DNA of 61,355 bases, counting the filler, from Sphacelaria rigidula (taxonomy: Eukaryota), in NCBI GenBank assembly GCA_964200075.2. It is 8 parts of 8 records of this genome, joined end to end, with 100 filler letters (N's around TTAATTAATTAA, not from the genome) between each part and the next. Parts side by side here need not be neighbours in the genome. Positions count along the whole stretch, not along the records: positions 7,684 to 15,265 come from CAXNAA020014224.1; positions 15,366 to 22,947 come from CAXNAA020014225.1; positions 23,048 to 30,629 come from CAXNAA020014226.1; 5 more parts are not named here. One strand, given 5' to 3'. The notes beneath the pieces are model-generated. The model was not told the origin of the DNA and did no database searches. It was given only the letters and a program-made list of their open reading frames with translations. Below, piece by piece: positions 12,845 through 26,095 of the stretch (position 1 is the first letter of the stretch; each line of letters opens with the position of its first letter). Both the position numbers and the translations under genes were made by a program.

Positions 12845-15265
12845 AGACCCAAAAACAACAATCAAACCATATACCAAAAAATGCAGTGGCTCCAGAATGT
12901 CGTACGCATTTCCGGGATAGACAGGAAATCAGAGAGTAATCATTGAAACGAGTATCCTACCCTGCCATACTTTTGTCATGAATAAATAGTTCGCCCTTTT
13001 CCGAATGTACGAAGTGTTTTAGGTCATTGGTAGAAAAATAAGCGAGCCCGCCAAGGCACTATATCACTTCGATAACCAAGTTCATCCTAATCACTCGCCC
13101 CAGTCAATCAGTAAGAGCAAACAACGTACGGCCGAGTTCGTCGCGAAAATAGTAGTTTCCCGCGAAAACCATACGTTGATACAAAACAACAAATATGATG
13201 ATACGGACAAATCAACTCGTTTGACGTGAGTTAATTGTCGGTACCTGTTTGTGAGAACAACGACTTGCTGGGGACGTCTGGTTGATGATCCAGTCGTACA
13301 GCACTTTTTTTTTCCTTACTCGACGATACGAAAACAACTGACCGGTTTGTGAGGTCAGGTGTCCGTACACGTCAAAATAAACGTGGTGGACAATACACAA
13401 CCTTCGGGCCTGCTGCGAAGTTCCGAGGCGGATCACCCAACACATATCTGAACCACGACAAATACACAGGACAGAGAGGACCAACGTAGCCCACTCCTCA
13501 CAGTATTTGCCCGTTCGGACTAAAACGAGACTGCCCCGAACACAAACTGGAGTAAAACCCACAGCCGGTTGTACCGTCACGTTACTTCGTCCAATAATCC
13601 CTGATAGAAAACAAAACACCACCGACCAATTTCAGGGGCGGGTAATTGTACGCAAAAACTGGTAAAAGTGACAGAAAATAGCGAGTGGCGGACTCTGAGC
13701 CTGTAGGCTGTACCAACGGTCGAATAACGACATGGCGGAATGGACAGTTCCCAAAGAGCGACCTACCTCATCATGATACGTGATGGTCCTGTATGAGGAG
13801 ACGCTTGCAACCGATCTTACCGCGACTTCAATAACAATTCTTCAACACCGGTATGTACGACGCGACCAGTGGTGGCCCCGTTGTAACTTATCAATCACCA
13901 AAGTATAAATCATCGCGTCGCATTACCCGTGGCCCTCCTATAAACGAGGTGGGTCACATGCGGCAGGACTCGCAAAAGAAAAGTAGGCCAAGTGTTCTAG
14001 ACTCGAGGGTCAGAAACGTTGGAACACTCGTGGCAAAATTCCCGACATCGACGCAGAAACCGAAACCAAGATGAATTCAAAACCAGGGGCACGCTGGGCA
14101 ACAGCGAAAACGAAAATCCGCAACACAAGGCAGGAAAACAACACGTGTCAACCGTCCTTGTAAACGGGAGCGGTTATCGTGTGTATAAAGCAAAACGTTT
14201 CAGCCAAGAAGGTCAAAACATTTCAGGCAACCCATGCAAATATAAAATCAACGTGGTACGCACACAAAAAGGGGACACGTCATTACCGATCCTGCAGGGG
14301 GAAGCAGTATGCGTGTACGGAGCGGTTGGGCGAGAGGGTAATTATTCCAGACGGGGAGGTCAGGTATATGCAGCGTTCGCTCCCAAAACTATCAACCAAA
14401 AAGGCAAAAAAAAAAATACCGACAACATATGACACAAAAAAAGGACACGTCATGACCGGTCCCGAAGAGGGAGGCGGCACTCGCGTGCAGAGCGATTGAA
14501 CTAAAACGCAAATGTTCCAGACGTGCGCGTCAGGTATGGCTAGCGCTTGCTTCGGAAACTCTTCCATCGAAACAAAAAAAAACAAAGATAAAGACCATGT
14601 AATAACAAAGAAAGACAACATGTGCGTACAACGAAAACCAAATGGAGACATAATCAACTCGTGGCAACCGTTCCGGTGGACGGAATGGTTGTGAATTTTC
14701 TGCGCGGAGGACGGAGGTTCAGGGTTCCAGACTCGGGGTCAGGAATGGAGCGATCGTCACTTGTACTTCGCCAGATGAACCCAGAAGTACGCAAGAAAAA
14801 TAGCCATTGGACACAAGAAATCGAACACATAGCACGAGGCGAAAAGAGAAGAAGAGAAGAGCAGAAAAACAAAACAAAAAACAAAGGAAACAAATTAAAA
14901 TAATTTACGGAAAGGCAAAGAAAACAAGAACAAAAAATCAGGGCCAAAGCAACAAAACACACAACACAAAAAAAAAGCACAAAATATAAAAACGAAAGAC
15001 CAAATACCAATAACAAAACACAACATCAACCACTACAAGTACGGGGCTAATCACTACGAAAAAAAATGAAGTGGGGGAGGGGGGGGACACATGGTTTTCC
15101 AACGACGCTACAATGCAAGACAAGCGACTCGAACGCGGTACACTACGCAAGGTGAATGGGGAAGCAGACTCGGATGCGGCATCATGAGTCATCTGCATTC
15201 CATGCGGTGTCCGTGTTCCGTAGAACGGCTGTTTCGAGTTCGCCTTGGTCGTGTCGTTGGAGGCA

Positions 15266-15365
15266 NNNNNNNNNNNNNNNNNNNNNNNNNNNNNNNNNNN
15301 NNNNNNNNNTTAATTAATTAANNNNNNNNNNNNNNNNNNNNNNNNNNNNNNNNNNNNNNNNNNNN
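15266..15365. other. Artificial contig linker
   Basis: N44-TTAATTAATTAA-N44. Confidence 0.98.
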
Positions 15366-16490
15366 ACCGTTGCTGCGTTCAACGACGATCTGACTCGAAA
15401 TTTCGAGCAACGAATAGCCCAAAATACCCCCCACCCTATCGTAGGATGACTCATATATTTACATATATAACTTCACATGTTTCACCACTTTTGCCGATTT
15501 TTGTCTGGCAGCAAGGCATTCTATCCCGCTTTTTTTTTGCAGCGCATGAGGAAGGCGCAGCGGTACATTACCGTTCAGGTTTGAGTGTCATCTGATACCT
15601 GTGGCGCGTGTTCTGGCCACCGAAAGTCACTCTTCTCACGGGGTGTCGATCCCGAACCACAAGAGCCTTTCAAGATCATCGGAAACTTTCAACAGGAACC
15701 CGAACCACAAAGGATAAGTCCGTTCGAATAGGATAACGTTTGGCAAAGTATTTTTTCACCGTGATTTTCTTTGCGTTCTCGTTGATTTGGGAGCACAAAG
15801 ATAGCGGTTATGAAGCGAATGTCACGAGAACATGAGAGCAAAGCAGTTGAAAAAAACTGAAGGCTGCCTTGGCCTTAGTCAGCAACAAACACAAGTTGTA
15901 TGACCTCAGATCGTTAATTCTTTATTTTTGACGTGAAGCTTCTGACACCTTCATAACTTATTGGTAAAGTGAGTCCCATTTCTGCGAACCCAACAGTTCT
16001 TATCGTTCTACCGAGAACAAGACCCACGGATCCTGTTCAGTATGCAGTCATGCCCTTTTTTGTTCAGTGTGTGGTTTTGGGGACTGTATTTTGGTGAGAG
16101 AGAACAGCTCTGGCGGAGCTTGCACGGTTGATGTTTGGTGAGTGAAGGGTATACGAGATTAATACAAGAAGGTACATCACATTCCCCTGTCCATAGCAAG
16201 CCCTCTAAGAGGCGCTCCTTTGTTTCATGACGCTAGCGGATTTGGAACGGGTCGATTGCAGCCAGGTAGCAGGGAAGAAATCAGGTTTGAGCGAAAGACA
16301 GCAACAGCGATAGCGCGTTGAGCCAACTTGAGAAAGCCACGCAGTGAGCGTTTAATACAGTTTGAGCAAAAGACAGCAGCAGTGATGGAACGTTGAGCCA
16401 ACTTGAGAGAAGTCAGTGAGCGTTTATTACAGTTGAAGCGATGGCTACTCGGAAGGAATTGGGTACGGAAGAGTTGACTGAAAAGCTTGT

Positions 16491-17756
16491 ATGAATTTAG
16501 GCACAGGCGCACAGGGTAACACCACGACGAGTGCAGCAAACCGCGATCAGCAAAGCAATCCACGAATTTTCCCTGAGTTCCGATACGAAAATTACATAGG
16601 AGAGCAACGTGCCCAACCAAATATTTTAAGAGAGCGTAATATTACGAGCATTCACCCGTGGGACGGTTCTGTGAAAGCAGGGGAGAGCATGGAGTCAAAA
16701 TGTCGTGTCTTTGATGTGCAGATGATCCGGTTTTTTCGTGCCGAAAAATGCTATGATTGTCTTTTTGTGCAGGATCCTATCCGTGTATTTCATGAGACGG
16801 AAGAGGACTTGGTGAGGCAGCACGGGTATAAGGCCGTAGAAAAAGCACAACGAGCTCACGACATTCTTCTCGGAAACATCATAGCTCCTAGCATCGTCGA
16901 AAAATCTGCAATACTTGGTTCGTCTAGCGAATCGTGGGACTATTTTGTACAGTACCACACCGTTTCCCCTTCCGCAGAGCAAGCTCGCGTCGAACAACAA
17001 CGGACGGGTCTACAGATGCCACCGGGCGAGTCCCCTTTGGTTTTTCCGAACAGGGCGAATCTGATTCGTCACAAAAGACATCGTTACGGTACCGTAATTT
17101 CGGCGTCTGGTGCAAACGGGCGCTATGCACGTAGACTGTCTTCGGAATACGAGATACAGCGTAGTATGCTGCTTGTCATGCTGGAGATAGACACTGAGAC
17201 CCTGCACCGCACGATGAAAACTGCTCACGCAGAGTTGGAAGTATCTAGCAGTAGGGTAAACTCACCAAGTAACCATGCTCTCTCTGCCATACTTTATGAT
17301 GCCTCTAACAATGACGTATCGGCTAGGCGACGGGGGAGTCGGGGGGGGGCAGGAGAAACAACCGCTGCCGGGAGTGCGGTTCAGACGGCATTGGACATCA
17401 TTCTTCACACCGCAACCTCCTTTCGCCTGACCATGAACGGTCACCGAGATTCAATTCCCGTTCATATTCCTTACTTCTGCATAAGTCCCATAACAACAAC
17501 CCCAATCCTTACCCCCAATCCTCATCATGCAATGTTCGCAATTGCAGTATGTGCTATGATCGAGGTATCGATTACCATACACGAAGCGATGAGTGGAGAC
17601 ATATTGATCGCCGACAAGGCAATCGGTATCCCAGCCCAGAACATCGTTCCACACATCACGGGGGAAACCACTCCCTCGTTATTACTCCTCCAGCAGCTCC
17701 CACGGTCATCCGAATTTTGTACAGCGATCCGAGGATTCCGTCGATTCCGTCACTGA
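16491..17756 (+). CDS. Copia-type gag ORF (UBN2/Retrotran_gag_2-like), C-terminus probably frameshifted
   Basis: 421-aa ORF just after the LTR. Pattern SSSESWDYF...LQMPPGESPLVF...RRLSSEYEIQR resembles the Copia capsid region and the gag at 59500-59880. Confidence 0.7.
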   Translation: MNLGTGAQGNTTTSAANRDQQSNPRIFPEFRYENYIGEQRAQPNILRERNITSIHPWDGSVKAGESMESKCRVFDVQMIRFFRAEKCYDCLFVQDPIRVFHETEEDLVRQHGYKAVEKAQRAHDILLGNIIAPSIVEKSAILGSSSESWDYFVQYHTVSPSAEQARVEQQRTGLQMPPGESPLVFPNRANLIRHKRHRYGTVISASGANGRYARRLSSEYEIQRSMLLVMLEIDTETLHRTMKTAHAELEVSSSRVNSPSNHALSAILYDASNNDVSARRRGSRGGAGETTAAGSAVQTALDIILHTATSFRLTMNGHRDSIPVHIPYFCISPITTTPILTPNPHHAMFAIAVCAMIEVSITIHEAMSGDILIADKAIGIPAQNIVPHITGETTPSLLLLQQLPRSSEFCTAIRGFRRFRH

Positions 17757-18237
17757 CGAAATCTTCGTCTCACGAGACGGAAACACCTTTGATGACGCTG
17801 GATTCGCCAATTCCGTTCAGCTCCCGTCCCCATATTATGCCGAGCAACAACCACAGCTCCCACCTTCATACCATTCCTATCCCGAGTGGCAACCACCTCA
17901 GTATCATGGCCACTACCAGCAACCGCAACCCCCGTTGCAATACCATCAACAACAACAGCAACAGTCTTACGATCCTACTCCGCAATACAGCCCTCATCAC
18001 CAACAGTATCAATCCGCAGCTCCACCTAACAACCAATGTCAGCAGCATCAGCAGCCGGCAGCCCCCCCCCCCGCTATGTCTTCTCCGTCTGCCCGTACGT
18101 CCGCTGCGGAGTATCCACGACTATTCATGGCGCGCTCCATGCCCGAAGGTGAGTCTCGTTTTCGGCTTGGTACTTATGATTTACGTAGGGATGATGTCCT
18201 ACGTGGTGAGACTGCATCTAGTAGAAGTGATAGAGCA

Positions 18238-18570
18238 GAGGAGTAGATAGGAGATACCAGTACTACATACCATGTCATAGGAAATGTAAATGACGTTTTT
18301 GATTTACAACCCCCTCCTCAGGGCATGGAAAACGTTTCGATGGGTGACGGAACCAGACTCCCAGTAAAGACAGTATGTAATTTGTTTAAGTTGAATTTGA
18401 GAATCCACATGGGATCTTTGGATGTTTCAATCCCCTCCACAGACCTTCCCGAAAGTTGACCGATGCCTACGTTGCAAAAGGCTTTAAGTTCAATCTTTTC
18501 TCCCTACATCACATGCAGAAGCGACATCATATCGTTATGAATTCGACTGGGATACATTTTTCAGTGGCAG
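18238..18570 (+). pseudogene. Copia aspartic protease remnant
   Basis: E*IGDTSTTYHV (degenerate W-I-x-D-T/S-G-x-T-x-H), VSMGDGTRLPV, YVAKGFKFNLFSL. Confidence 0.7.
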
Positions 18571-18764
18571 ATTACGTTTCGACCGCAAATCGCGATTTTC
18601 ATCACAGTTACCGACGCGTTTTCCCCCTCCCAACATAGAGTCTCATTCCTCAACTCCTGTAGTTTCAACCCCATCAACGACTGTAATTTCGTCCTCCAGT
18701 GTAAGGTCAAATACACCCCCACTGAGTTTTGCCGTCCAGTGTACGGTTGCCTACACGTACTACT

Positions 18765-18930
18765 GTAGACTCGCGTTCGCGTTGCCCCACGAGTGAGATT
18801 GATCCTGTATAGTCTCATTGCCCCACGAGTGAGATTAATCCTGTGCAGTCGCGCTGCCCCACAAGTGAGATTGATCCTGTCGAGTCGCGTTGCCCTAAGT
18901 GTGAAATTGACCCCGTTCCTACTGTAGAGT
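18765..18930 (+). repeat. ~36-bp tandem repeat inside the Copia derivative
   Basis: Unit approximately GAGTCGCGTTGCCCCACGAGTGAGATTGATCCTGT, 4-5 diverged copies. Confidence 0.8.
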
Positions 18931-21476
18931 CAGATCTCCCTACTGCTGTAGAGTCTGCGCGTGCTACCGTAGGGGTTTCACCGACAATTGCCCGGCCTGT
19001 TTGCGATGAGTCTGATTCCCCGTATTCTACTGTAGAATTTTCCCCGGAGCATCACGCGCCCAATGTTACTGTAGCGTCTCGTAGTGACTCCCCGAGTGAG
19101 GAATGAGATTTTTTCATTCTCCCCCCAGTATTGGCTCACGCCATTATTCCACCGAAGGCGTTGTGTTTCCCCCCCTCGGTTTCTTTGTCCAGTCCACTTC
19201 CGCTACAAGCGTCACGTCTGACGCCTCAGGTGTTCGTATCAAGTCTGGTTCCCCGGCAAGTGGCGTACCTTTCGCGCGATCTGTTCCGCATATACAGCTT
19301 CTGCAACCACCGCCGATGCCGCTCGACGGCAGGGAGGGTTATGGAGCGAGTACCGTCACCGACCCGGTAGCCCCGCAGCCGCTGATCGACGCGGTAAAAC
19401 CCGACCCGACGCCGCCACCATCATTTTTACATCATACTGTCTCGCCACTGCCACGACGCATTGTCGTCGCGCCAACATCATACTGCCCCATCGTCGAACC
19501 AACACCAACACATTTCTTCCACTGCCGCGCCGCGGTTGCCATCACTTCCACCCACCGCAGCGTCGCAACACATATATTTCCCCATTACCGCTGTGCCGCC
19601 GTCATCATTTCCATTTGCCGCCGCGGCACAACAACCATTTTTTACCACAACCCCGAGTCTAACACGACTGATGCCAACACCATCGCCGCTGCGACCGACA
19701 CAATCGGCAACACATTATAATGCATGGCGTCGTCGGCACGGGTGGGACGGAGCGAGGGGGCAGTGCCGATAGGTCGGAGCAGGGAAGGGATGCCGGTTGA
19801 GTGGAGCAAGTATGAAGTGCCGGTTTGATGGAGCAGCGGGGCACGTGACCATGACAGAGTGCAGAAAGCCGGAGATGGAATTTGGAGGATATTTTACTCC
19901 GAATGTGGCCATGTCAAGTATTTGTTTGTTGACAACTCCAGCTCGATCGTAGATTCATACATTGGATAGTTTGATTTTGAGTGAAAGCGCATTAATGTGA
20001 CTACTGTCCGACTGCAGTAGTTTGACTAGTGGCCATCAGGTTTACAACAGTAATTGGAGTGCACAAAAAGGGTTTTTCGGGATTCGGTGGGGACTATTTC
20101 GGGTAAAAATAAGTGGTGAAAATCGAGATCCATGGCTTTGATCTTGCATAGGGATGGCGGTATTACGTTTTGTACTGTGTGATATTATTCACCGCAGTTC
20201 GGTTTGAGTTCGATTATTGTTGTTCACTCTCGGTTTTTTAGTATCATTGAGATGCCAGCATACTTTGAACTTTGATCGTGCGTGGGTATGGCGACATGAC
20301 GATTTATACTATATAAAATATTTTACCGTGGTCCGATTTGAGTTCGATTGTGGTGATTCAGTCTCCGTTTTTCATATTCACCGAGATGACGACAAGATGG
20401 GAATTTTCCATTCATCTGATTTTGATTTCGACTTGAAATTCAAGTGTCTCCAAACATGTGCTGTGGCCACGAAAACGGTTAAGGGGTCGATCCATTTGAC
20501 AACATTAACTTTTCGATGGATCATGGCATATGGCGGAAACTGTTTGATCGATTTAATTTATTGAACTTGGATTTTGGGCCATACTTGTGTGGAACAGTTT
20601 TGGAAAAACGTCCCGAGATTTTAACTTTATGCTCCCGAAAATGGGCAGGTGATTTGGGATCAAGGGGGCATCTAATTGAGGAAGTGATTTTCCTTGATGA
20701 TTCTTGTTCCCTCCTTGCTGAGCCTTCCGTGTATCCCGGCATCTCCGTGGTGAGAAGCGTAAGATTTTCTTGGTGGAGTTTTGGAAAAAAACGTCCCGAG
20801 ATTTGATACTTGATGCTTCCGTAAATGGTGACGTGATATGGGGGCAGGGGGGCATATAATTTAGGAGGTGATTATCCTGAATGTGTATTGTTTCTTTCTT
20901 GCTAGGTCTTCCGTGTGACCGGCATTTGTGTTCTGAGAGTTTGTCTGATTTCATGGGATGGGATCAAGATTTTTCTGTGTGATATGACTAGGTTGAAGCC
21001 TCGGCAAGGGGGCTGATCGAATATTGCCGACCTAAACACTAGTGTGTGTGTATGTGGATTGCTTTGGGGTCATGCGGGGCCGATTGATGGCATGTCATGC
21101 GTATCGGATATCGTCTGCGGTAACGGATTTTGTTATGACTGGAGTATGACATGTGAGGGAACACACCGTGCAGTCGTCCTTTTCTTGTTCAGAGTGTTTT
21201 TTAGTACTGTATTTCGGTGAGAGAGAACAGCTCTGGCGGAGCTTGCACGGTTGATGTTTGGTGAGTGAAAGGTATACGATATTAATACTAAAAGATACTA
21301 CACATTTCCCTGTCCAGAGCAAGCCCTCTAAGAGGCGCTCTCTTGTTTCATTACTAGGGATATTCCGAATGAATTTTCAAACGGGGATGACCTGATCCAT
21401 ATTCTCATGCATCTAGAATCGTCAGGAACCTCTGAACCAGACAAGAGTTTGCGCAAAATGTGCACCCCTACCGTAG

Positions 21477-21897
21477 CATTGCTCCTGTCATAAACGCGCC
21501 GTCATAGCTGAATCAACGGAGCACTCTGCTGTATCAGAGAGGCGAGAGCTTATAACCCTCTGGGGGTATCATACTATTGTGTACTAATCCATACAGCGTG
21601 AAAAAACGTTAGCCTGTTGTTGTGACAGTAATTGTCAACAGGTGAGCTAGACATAGTCCTGCATGCCAGGCTCCACCATCTGTAGATGGATAAGCAATAT
21701 GTACTGCTACAGATCCATCAAATGCTGTCCATGTGGACAATATACGTGCGAAGAACTGGGATGTTCACTGTCAGCTCTCATGAGCATTGTCCTGTTCTCA
21801 ACGCGCCGTCATAGCTTGATCGGCAGAGCACTCTGCTGTGTCAGAGAGGCGAGAGCTCATAACCCTCTGGGGGAATCGTACTATGAATATACAGCGA
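21477..21897 (+). repeat. Local direct duplication (~110 bp, offset ~308 bp)
   Basis: ACGCGCCGTCATAGCT...GAGCACTCTGCTGT..CAGAGAGGCGAGAGCT.ATAACCCTCTGGGGG at ~21494 and ~21801. Confidence 0.8.
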
Positions 21898-22035
21898 AGA
21901 AGCGTTGGTTTGGTGTGTGTATTTATATATATATATATTTATATTTCGACTTGCGTCACCCCCGGGAGGCCGTACCAACCTCCGGAGGGGAACCTTATAT
22001 ATACATATATATATATATGTATTGCTGCTGTGCAG

Positions 22036-22183
22036 CTGCAAATGATAAGATGAAAAGATCCGACAATCCGCGACGCGATGATCGCACGCGCTGGAGTTTC
22101 GCGCACAGAATACTCCTCCAGCGGTTGAAGATAATGCCGAAAAGGAGAGTCTTCGATGGGAAGATGAAAATGCGCGAAATGAG
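22036..22183 (+). pseudogene. Possible hAT transposase exon fragment
   Basis: Preceded by TGCAG and followed by GT. Translates PRRDDRTRWSFAHRILLQRL, resembling the hAT D-x-x-TRW(N/S) motif. Confidence 0.4.
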
Positions 22184-22187
22184 GTAG

Positions 22188-22394
22188 AGTCCTACACATT
22201 ACACGTTCAAGATTCACGTTTCACGTCAAAAGTAAAGCTAGGCTAGTAATACGGTGGGGGACCACGTGGGGAGCCCTGATTTGACTTGACTTTTGAACAG
22301 AGCTTTTCACTTGGTCCCCGGCCCCCACCGTAGTACTAGCCTGGCCGAACTTATGACGTAAAACTTGAAACTCAAACGTGTAACGTGTAGGGCC
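22188..22394. mobile_element. MITE with ~75-bp imperfect TIRs
   Basis: CCTACACATTACACGTT...AGGCTAGTAATACGGTGGGGG is mirrored by CCCCCACCGTAGTACTAGCCT...AACGTGTAACGTGTAGG. TSD unclear. Confidence 0.75.
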
Positions 22395-22947
22395 TTGAAT
22401 GGGGGAGGTCTGTCTGTCTGCCTGTCTGCAAGTTTTTGCCCGGGGAAATCGCATGTCGGCACTATCCTACTGGAAATCTGCACAAGCCAATCCTAATTAT
22501 GCTCTATCCTCTGTAGAACTTGCTGTATTTTCTGGACATCTACGACATATCTCGGTTTCCCTGCTGTTTTTTGCACCATTGTTTTTTTGCGCAATTTTTC
22601 TCTGCGGCCTGTAGCCAAATGATATCAAGCCGTAGGTTTCAGTATAATCGCATGCATGATTGGAGCAGTGGCAGGGGACAGGGGATCCTGGATTGATGAC
22701 CCTTTTCTGTGTGACCCCTTGCTGCCTGGCTCGTGATGTGGTATGTTGAGGATCACTCCGTGATAACAACAAGTCAGAAGACAACAACTGTCGAGCACGA
22801 GGCCAGTGCTACTGGAGGAGTCCCTCATTGATAGTCTTCTTGTCCAGATCGTCTGGCAGATGCTATAATATCTACATATAACAGGGTTGCCAGAAAAATG
22901 AGAACGTATTTTGAAATGAGAATCAACCGCTCCCCGGGACTGTGTCC

Positions 22948-23047
22948 NNNNNNNNNNNNNNNNNNNNNNNNNNNNNNNNNNNNNNNNNNNNTTAATTAAT
23001 TAANNNNNNNNNNNNNNNNNNNNNNNNNNNNNNNNNNNNNNNNNNNN
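22948..23047. other. Artificial contig linker
   Basis: N44-TTAATTAATTAA-N44. Confidence 0.98.
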
Positions 23048-26000
23048 GGATCACGGCCCAACTCGTCTCTGTCGCTGAGATATTGCTTTTGGAGCTTGAA
23101 TCCATTTTTAGGCTGGCCCAGCTCGTACAGAATGAGCCTTCTACTACAGTTTTGTTCAGAACACCAGTGCACAAAGGCACTGTTGTTCATCGCGAGCCGC
23201 TGTTCCTGATCTGAGCTCCTGCCAAGCCGGCACGCTGCTGCTCTTATTTTTCCGTATCGATTGTACGCGACTGTTGTATCTTTTCTTCACGAAATTACTG
23301 AACAAGTACAAAACGAGCTCACACAGTGTGATGACGGACATCTGTACACGAACTTCGGTTTGTTCCGGCCCTTTACCTTCGTTGCTCGTAGCTGCCTTGT
23401 TGTTGTCGCTTCACCTTCTTTGCCGGTGACTACTCTGTTATTGTTGTCCTTTTGTATATTCGTACAACCGTACCGCAACGAACGCTGTACATCACCGTGA
23501 GTAACAACACCCAGCGTAACGTACTGTAAGTTTTTCCCCCTTGACCCCCTCGCGAACGAACAAATTTGTTGTTTCGTGGAAATGCTACTAGTCGAAAATT
23601 TCAACCTCCGTTACGTGCTCACTTGACCAAGCAGCACCTGAAATCGGTGCCCCTTTGCCTGTGCACTACGCAGCCAGATTTCGCGGCCCCACACCCAAGC
23701 TTGTGTTGCATCGCACTGTGCAATTTTCGTGCGCGCCATACGTTGCCTCGACTTCGTTGGATAACTAGCCTTCGCTCTGCACTACGCAGCCAGATTTCGC
23801 GGCCCCATACCCAAGCTTTGTAGAAGCTGTTGTGCTGCATTGCACTGTGCAACTTTCGTGCGCATCTGAAAGCGAAAAGTTTCAGTTGCACACCGCCAGT
23901 TGCTCCTCAGCCTGTCCCGTGATAGTACAGTTGTAGTCTGCCTGTCACGCACATCCGGAACACGTGTAGGTTTTCCGATTTCCACGTACCAAAGTTGCTG
24001 CAGACAACCAGGTCCTCGTTGTTTTCTTCGACGACATACGTCTGTTCTGTTCACAATTCCGAGCTCCGTTGAAAGCCCTAACCGCCACAACCTTGATGAA
24101 GTTGTACTGACGAGACCCCGGACATGGTTGTTACACAGCAATTCGCTTGAAAAAATTACTGAAGCACATCGGGTCCCACGGTCCCCCCAGGCGCTATTAG
24201 ACTTCATTATCCAGTAATTCCGGATATGAGCTCCGACTTTCACGTAGCAGCTTGTTTGTCACGCTCCGTTAATTAGAGCTCACAGACTAGACATACTGCA
24301 CCTGCCTTTTGAAATAAAGGTTGCGTACCAATATCATGTCGCACAACAATATCGCTGGCTCCTCCCCTCAATTGGGAAACCAATCGCTTCGCCGGACCCG
24401 AAGCCAGACTACAAGCGGTTTAAAATCATTCAAGATGAGCGGCATGCTACCTTCAACGCATCGCCGCACGTATGCGAGCGCTGTTAGTTCTTCGGGATCT
24501 GAAGACCAACACTCGAGCAAAGCTCGTTCTTCAAGGCTTGAAGACCGGACTTCGACGCCGAGATCTGTTCTCTCACGTTCCAAATTGAACTCAGAGAACA
24601 TGGTAGTGCAACCGGCCGAGTCATTGGGTCCTGACGCGCATGTCAGTGATCACATAACGGTGGATTCCGTCGCACACCCCTCGCTGGCCCCTGGTCTCCC
24701 GAATCCCAATATGGAATCCGGAGTCAGGATTGTGCCCTCAGTCGAGTCGTTGCCCCTGGACACACGTGTCCAGCTCGGCCCTGCCAGGGTTGCTTCAACC
24801 ATGACACCCCGTCGCTTGACGGCTGACAACTCTCGAGACGATTCTGTCCCGACGAAGCGCATCGCTTCTGGATCAAGAGACTTGATCACACGGGCTGCTT
24901 CCGGTACGGACCCCCTTCGCACGACTCTTGATGGTGCCATGCGCCCTACTGCGCAATCCAAGGTCGGACCTGCAGTTGCGGCCATGCATGCTGGCATGTA
25001 AACTCTGCATCGTACCTCCTCGATGTCATCGCCATCGCCAGCGCCAGCTCATCGAGGCATTTACGGCTTTTTGCCACGTCACGCTCCAAGACCAGTCGGC
25101 GCCTGCTCATGTGCAATTCAATGATGATTCTGCACCTGCCACGCCCAAACTCGTACGTCTACCGACCCGTTCGGCGACATCGCGTCCTCCGTTCGTCACT
25201 CATGATAAATTCAACGAACATATGTCCAGCCCTTCCTCAACGTCGCAACAGAGCCATACTCGTGCTTCTGACCGGCGCCGCAAACCGAGTCTTAGTCATG
25301 ACCATGTCTCCCGTTCTGGCAGTTCTAAGGGTCACTCCCAGCAAAGCTTGAATTCATCGCGCGCTTCCACACGCCCGAAGAATATCGCTCATGGACACGA
25401 ATCTGGAGGCAGTTTACGCCATACTTCCAATTCATCTCGCGCTACAAAGCGCCCGGTGATAGCTAACCATGGCCGTACTCACGAAGATGCCTTGCGGCCC
25501 AAATCAAGTTCTTCGCTCATTAACTCGCGTTCGAACAACTCCGATCATGCACCTTCGCGCATCTCTACTGCTCAGCCCCTGTCACACAACCGCTATGTAC
25601 GCAATGATAACACGGTCCATGCTGACGACATCCAAAACATATTTTCGGACATGTCACCTCCCTCGGAATCCTTCTTTGCAGGATCCGACCGCACCCCATC
25701 GCAAAACGACGACAACGCACTGACCGCGAACCACCATCCCGTTCCGATGCTGCGCTTATTCGTTCTCTGCAACAACGTTTGACAGGTCTTGAACGACACC
25801 TAGCAACAGCAACGATGGACACCAAGGGCGCTACCGCTGCTACTGAGCCTACGAGGGAGACAACCATTGCCGCTCCCACTACCGCTGCAGCCGCCACTAC
25901 CGTCATCACTGCGCTTGCTGCAGCAGCCACTTCAGACACGACCCCGACTCCTGTTGCCGCCCGCTTTCAGTAGACACTGATGCGGACAGCGGCCCCACCA

Positions 26001-26095
26001 CTGCCCCTGTCGGGGACGTCTCCGTGCCCCCGCCTCCTTCTGTGGAGGATCTGCCTCCGCTCGGCGTCGAGCATTGCCCCGCCGGGCTGATTTTG
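23048..26095 (+). mobile_element. 5' part of an LTR retrotransposon (LTR to 23509, degenerate PBS, leader, broken gag-like ORF), copy A
   Basis: Reverse-complement homologue of 27827-30629. LTR end GTAACAACA is followed by a mutated PBS. ORF pieces 24321-25001, 24928-25782 and 25779-25973 match the 864-aa ORF of copy B. Confidence 0.7.

Larger units (their letters stand above)
16043..21350 (+). mobile_element. Non-autonomous Ty1/Copia-derived LTR element (LTR-gag-PR-unknown-PPT-LTR)
   Basis: Direct repeats 16043-16227 and 21169-21350 both end TGTTTCA. The 3' LTR 21014-21350 (TGA...TCA) follows the purine tract AAGGGGG. The 5' LTR is truncated at its left end. No integrase or RT motifs were seen between protease and the 3' LTR. 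Confidence 0.8.

Noticed and set aside
12670-12939. Poly-Lys/poly-Asn ORF
   Set aside because: Translation of a compound microsatellite.
12900-15265. Possible decayed retroelement on the minus strand
   Set aside because: No diagnostic motif or terminal structure could be identified.
22882-22947. CAGGGTTGCCAG, a hAT-like terminus
   Set aside because: The contig ends 65 bp later; no partner TIR or TSD to support it.
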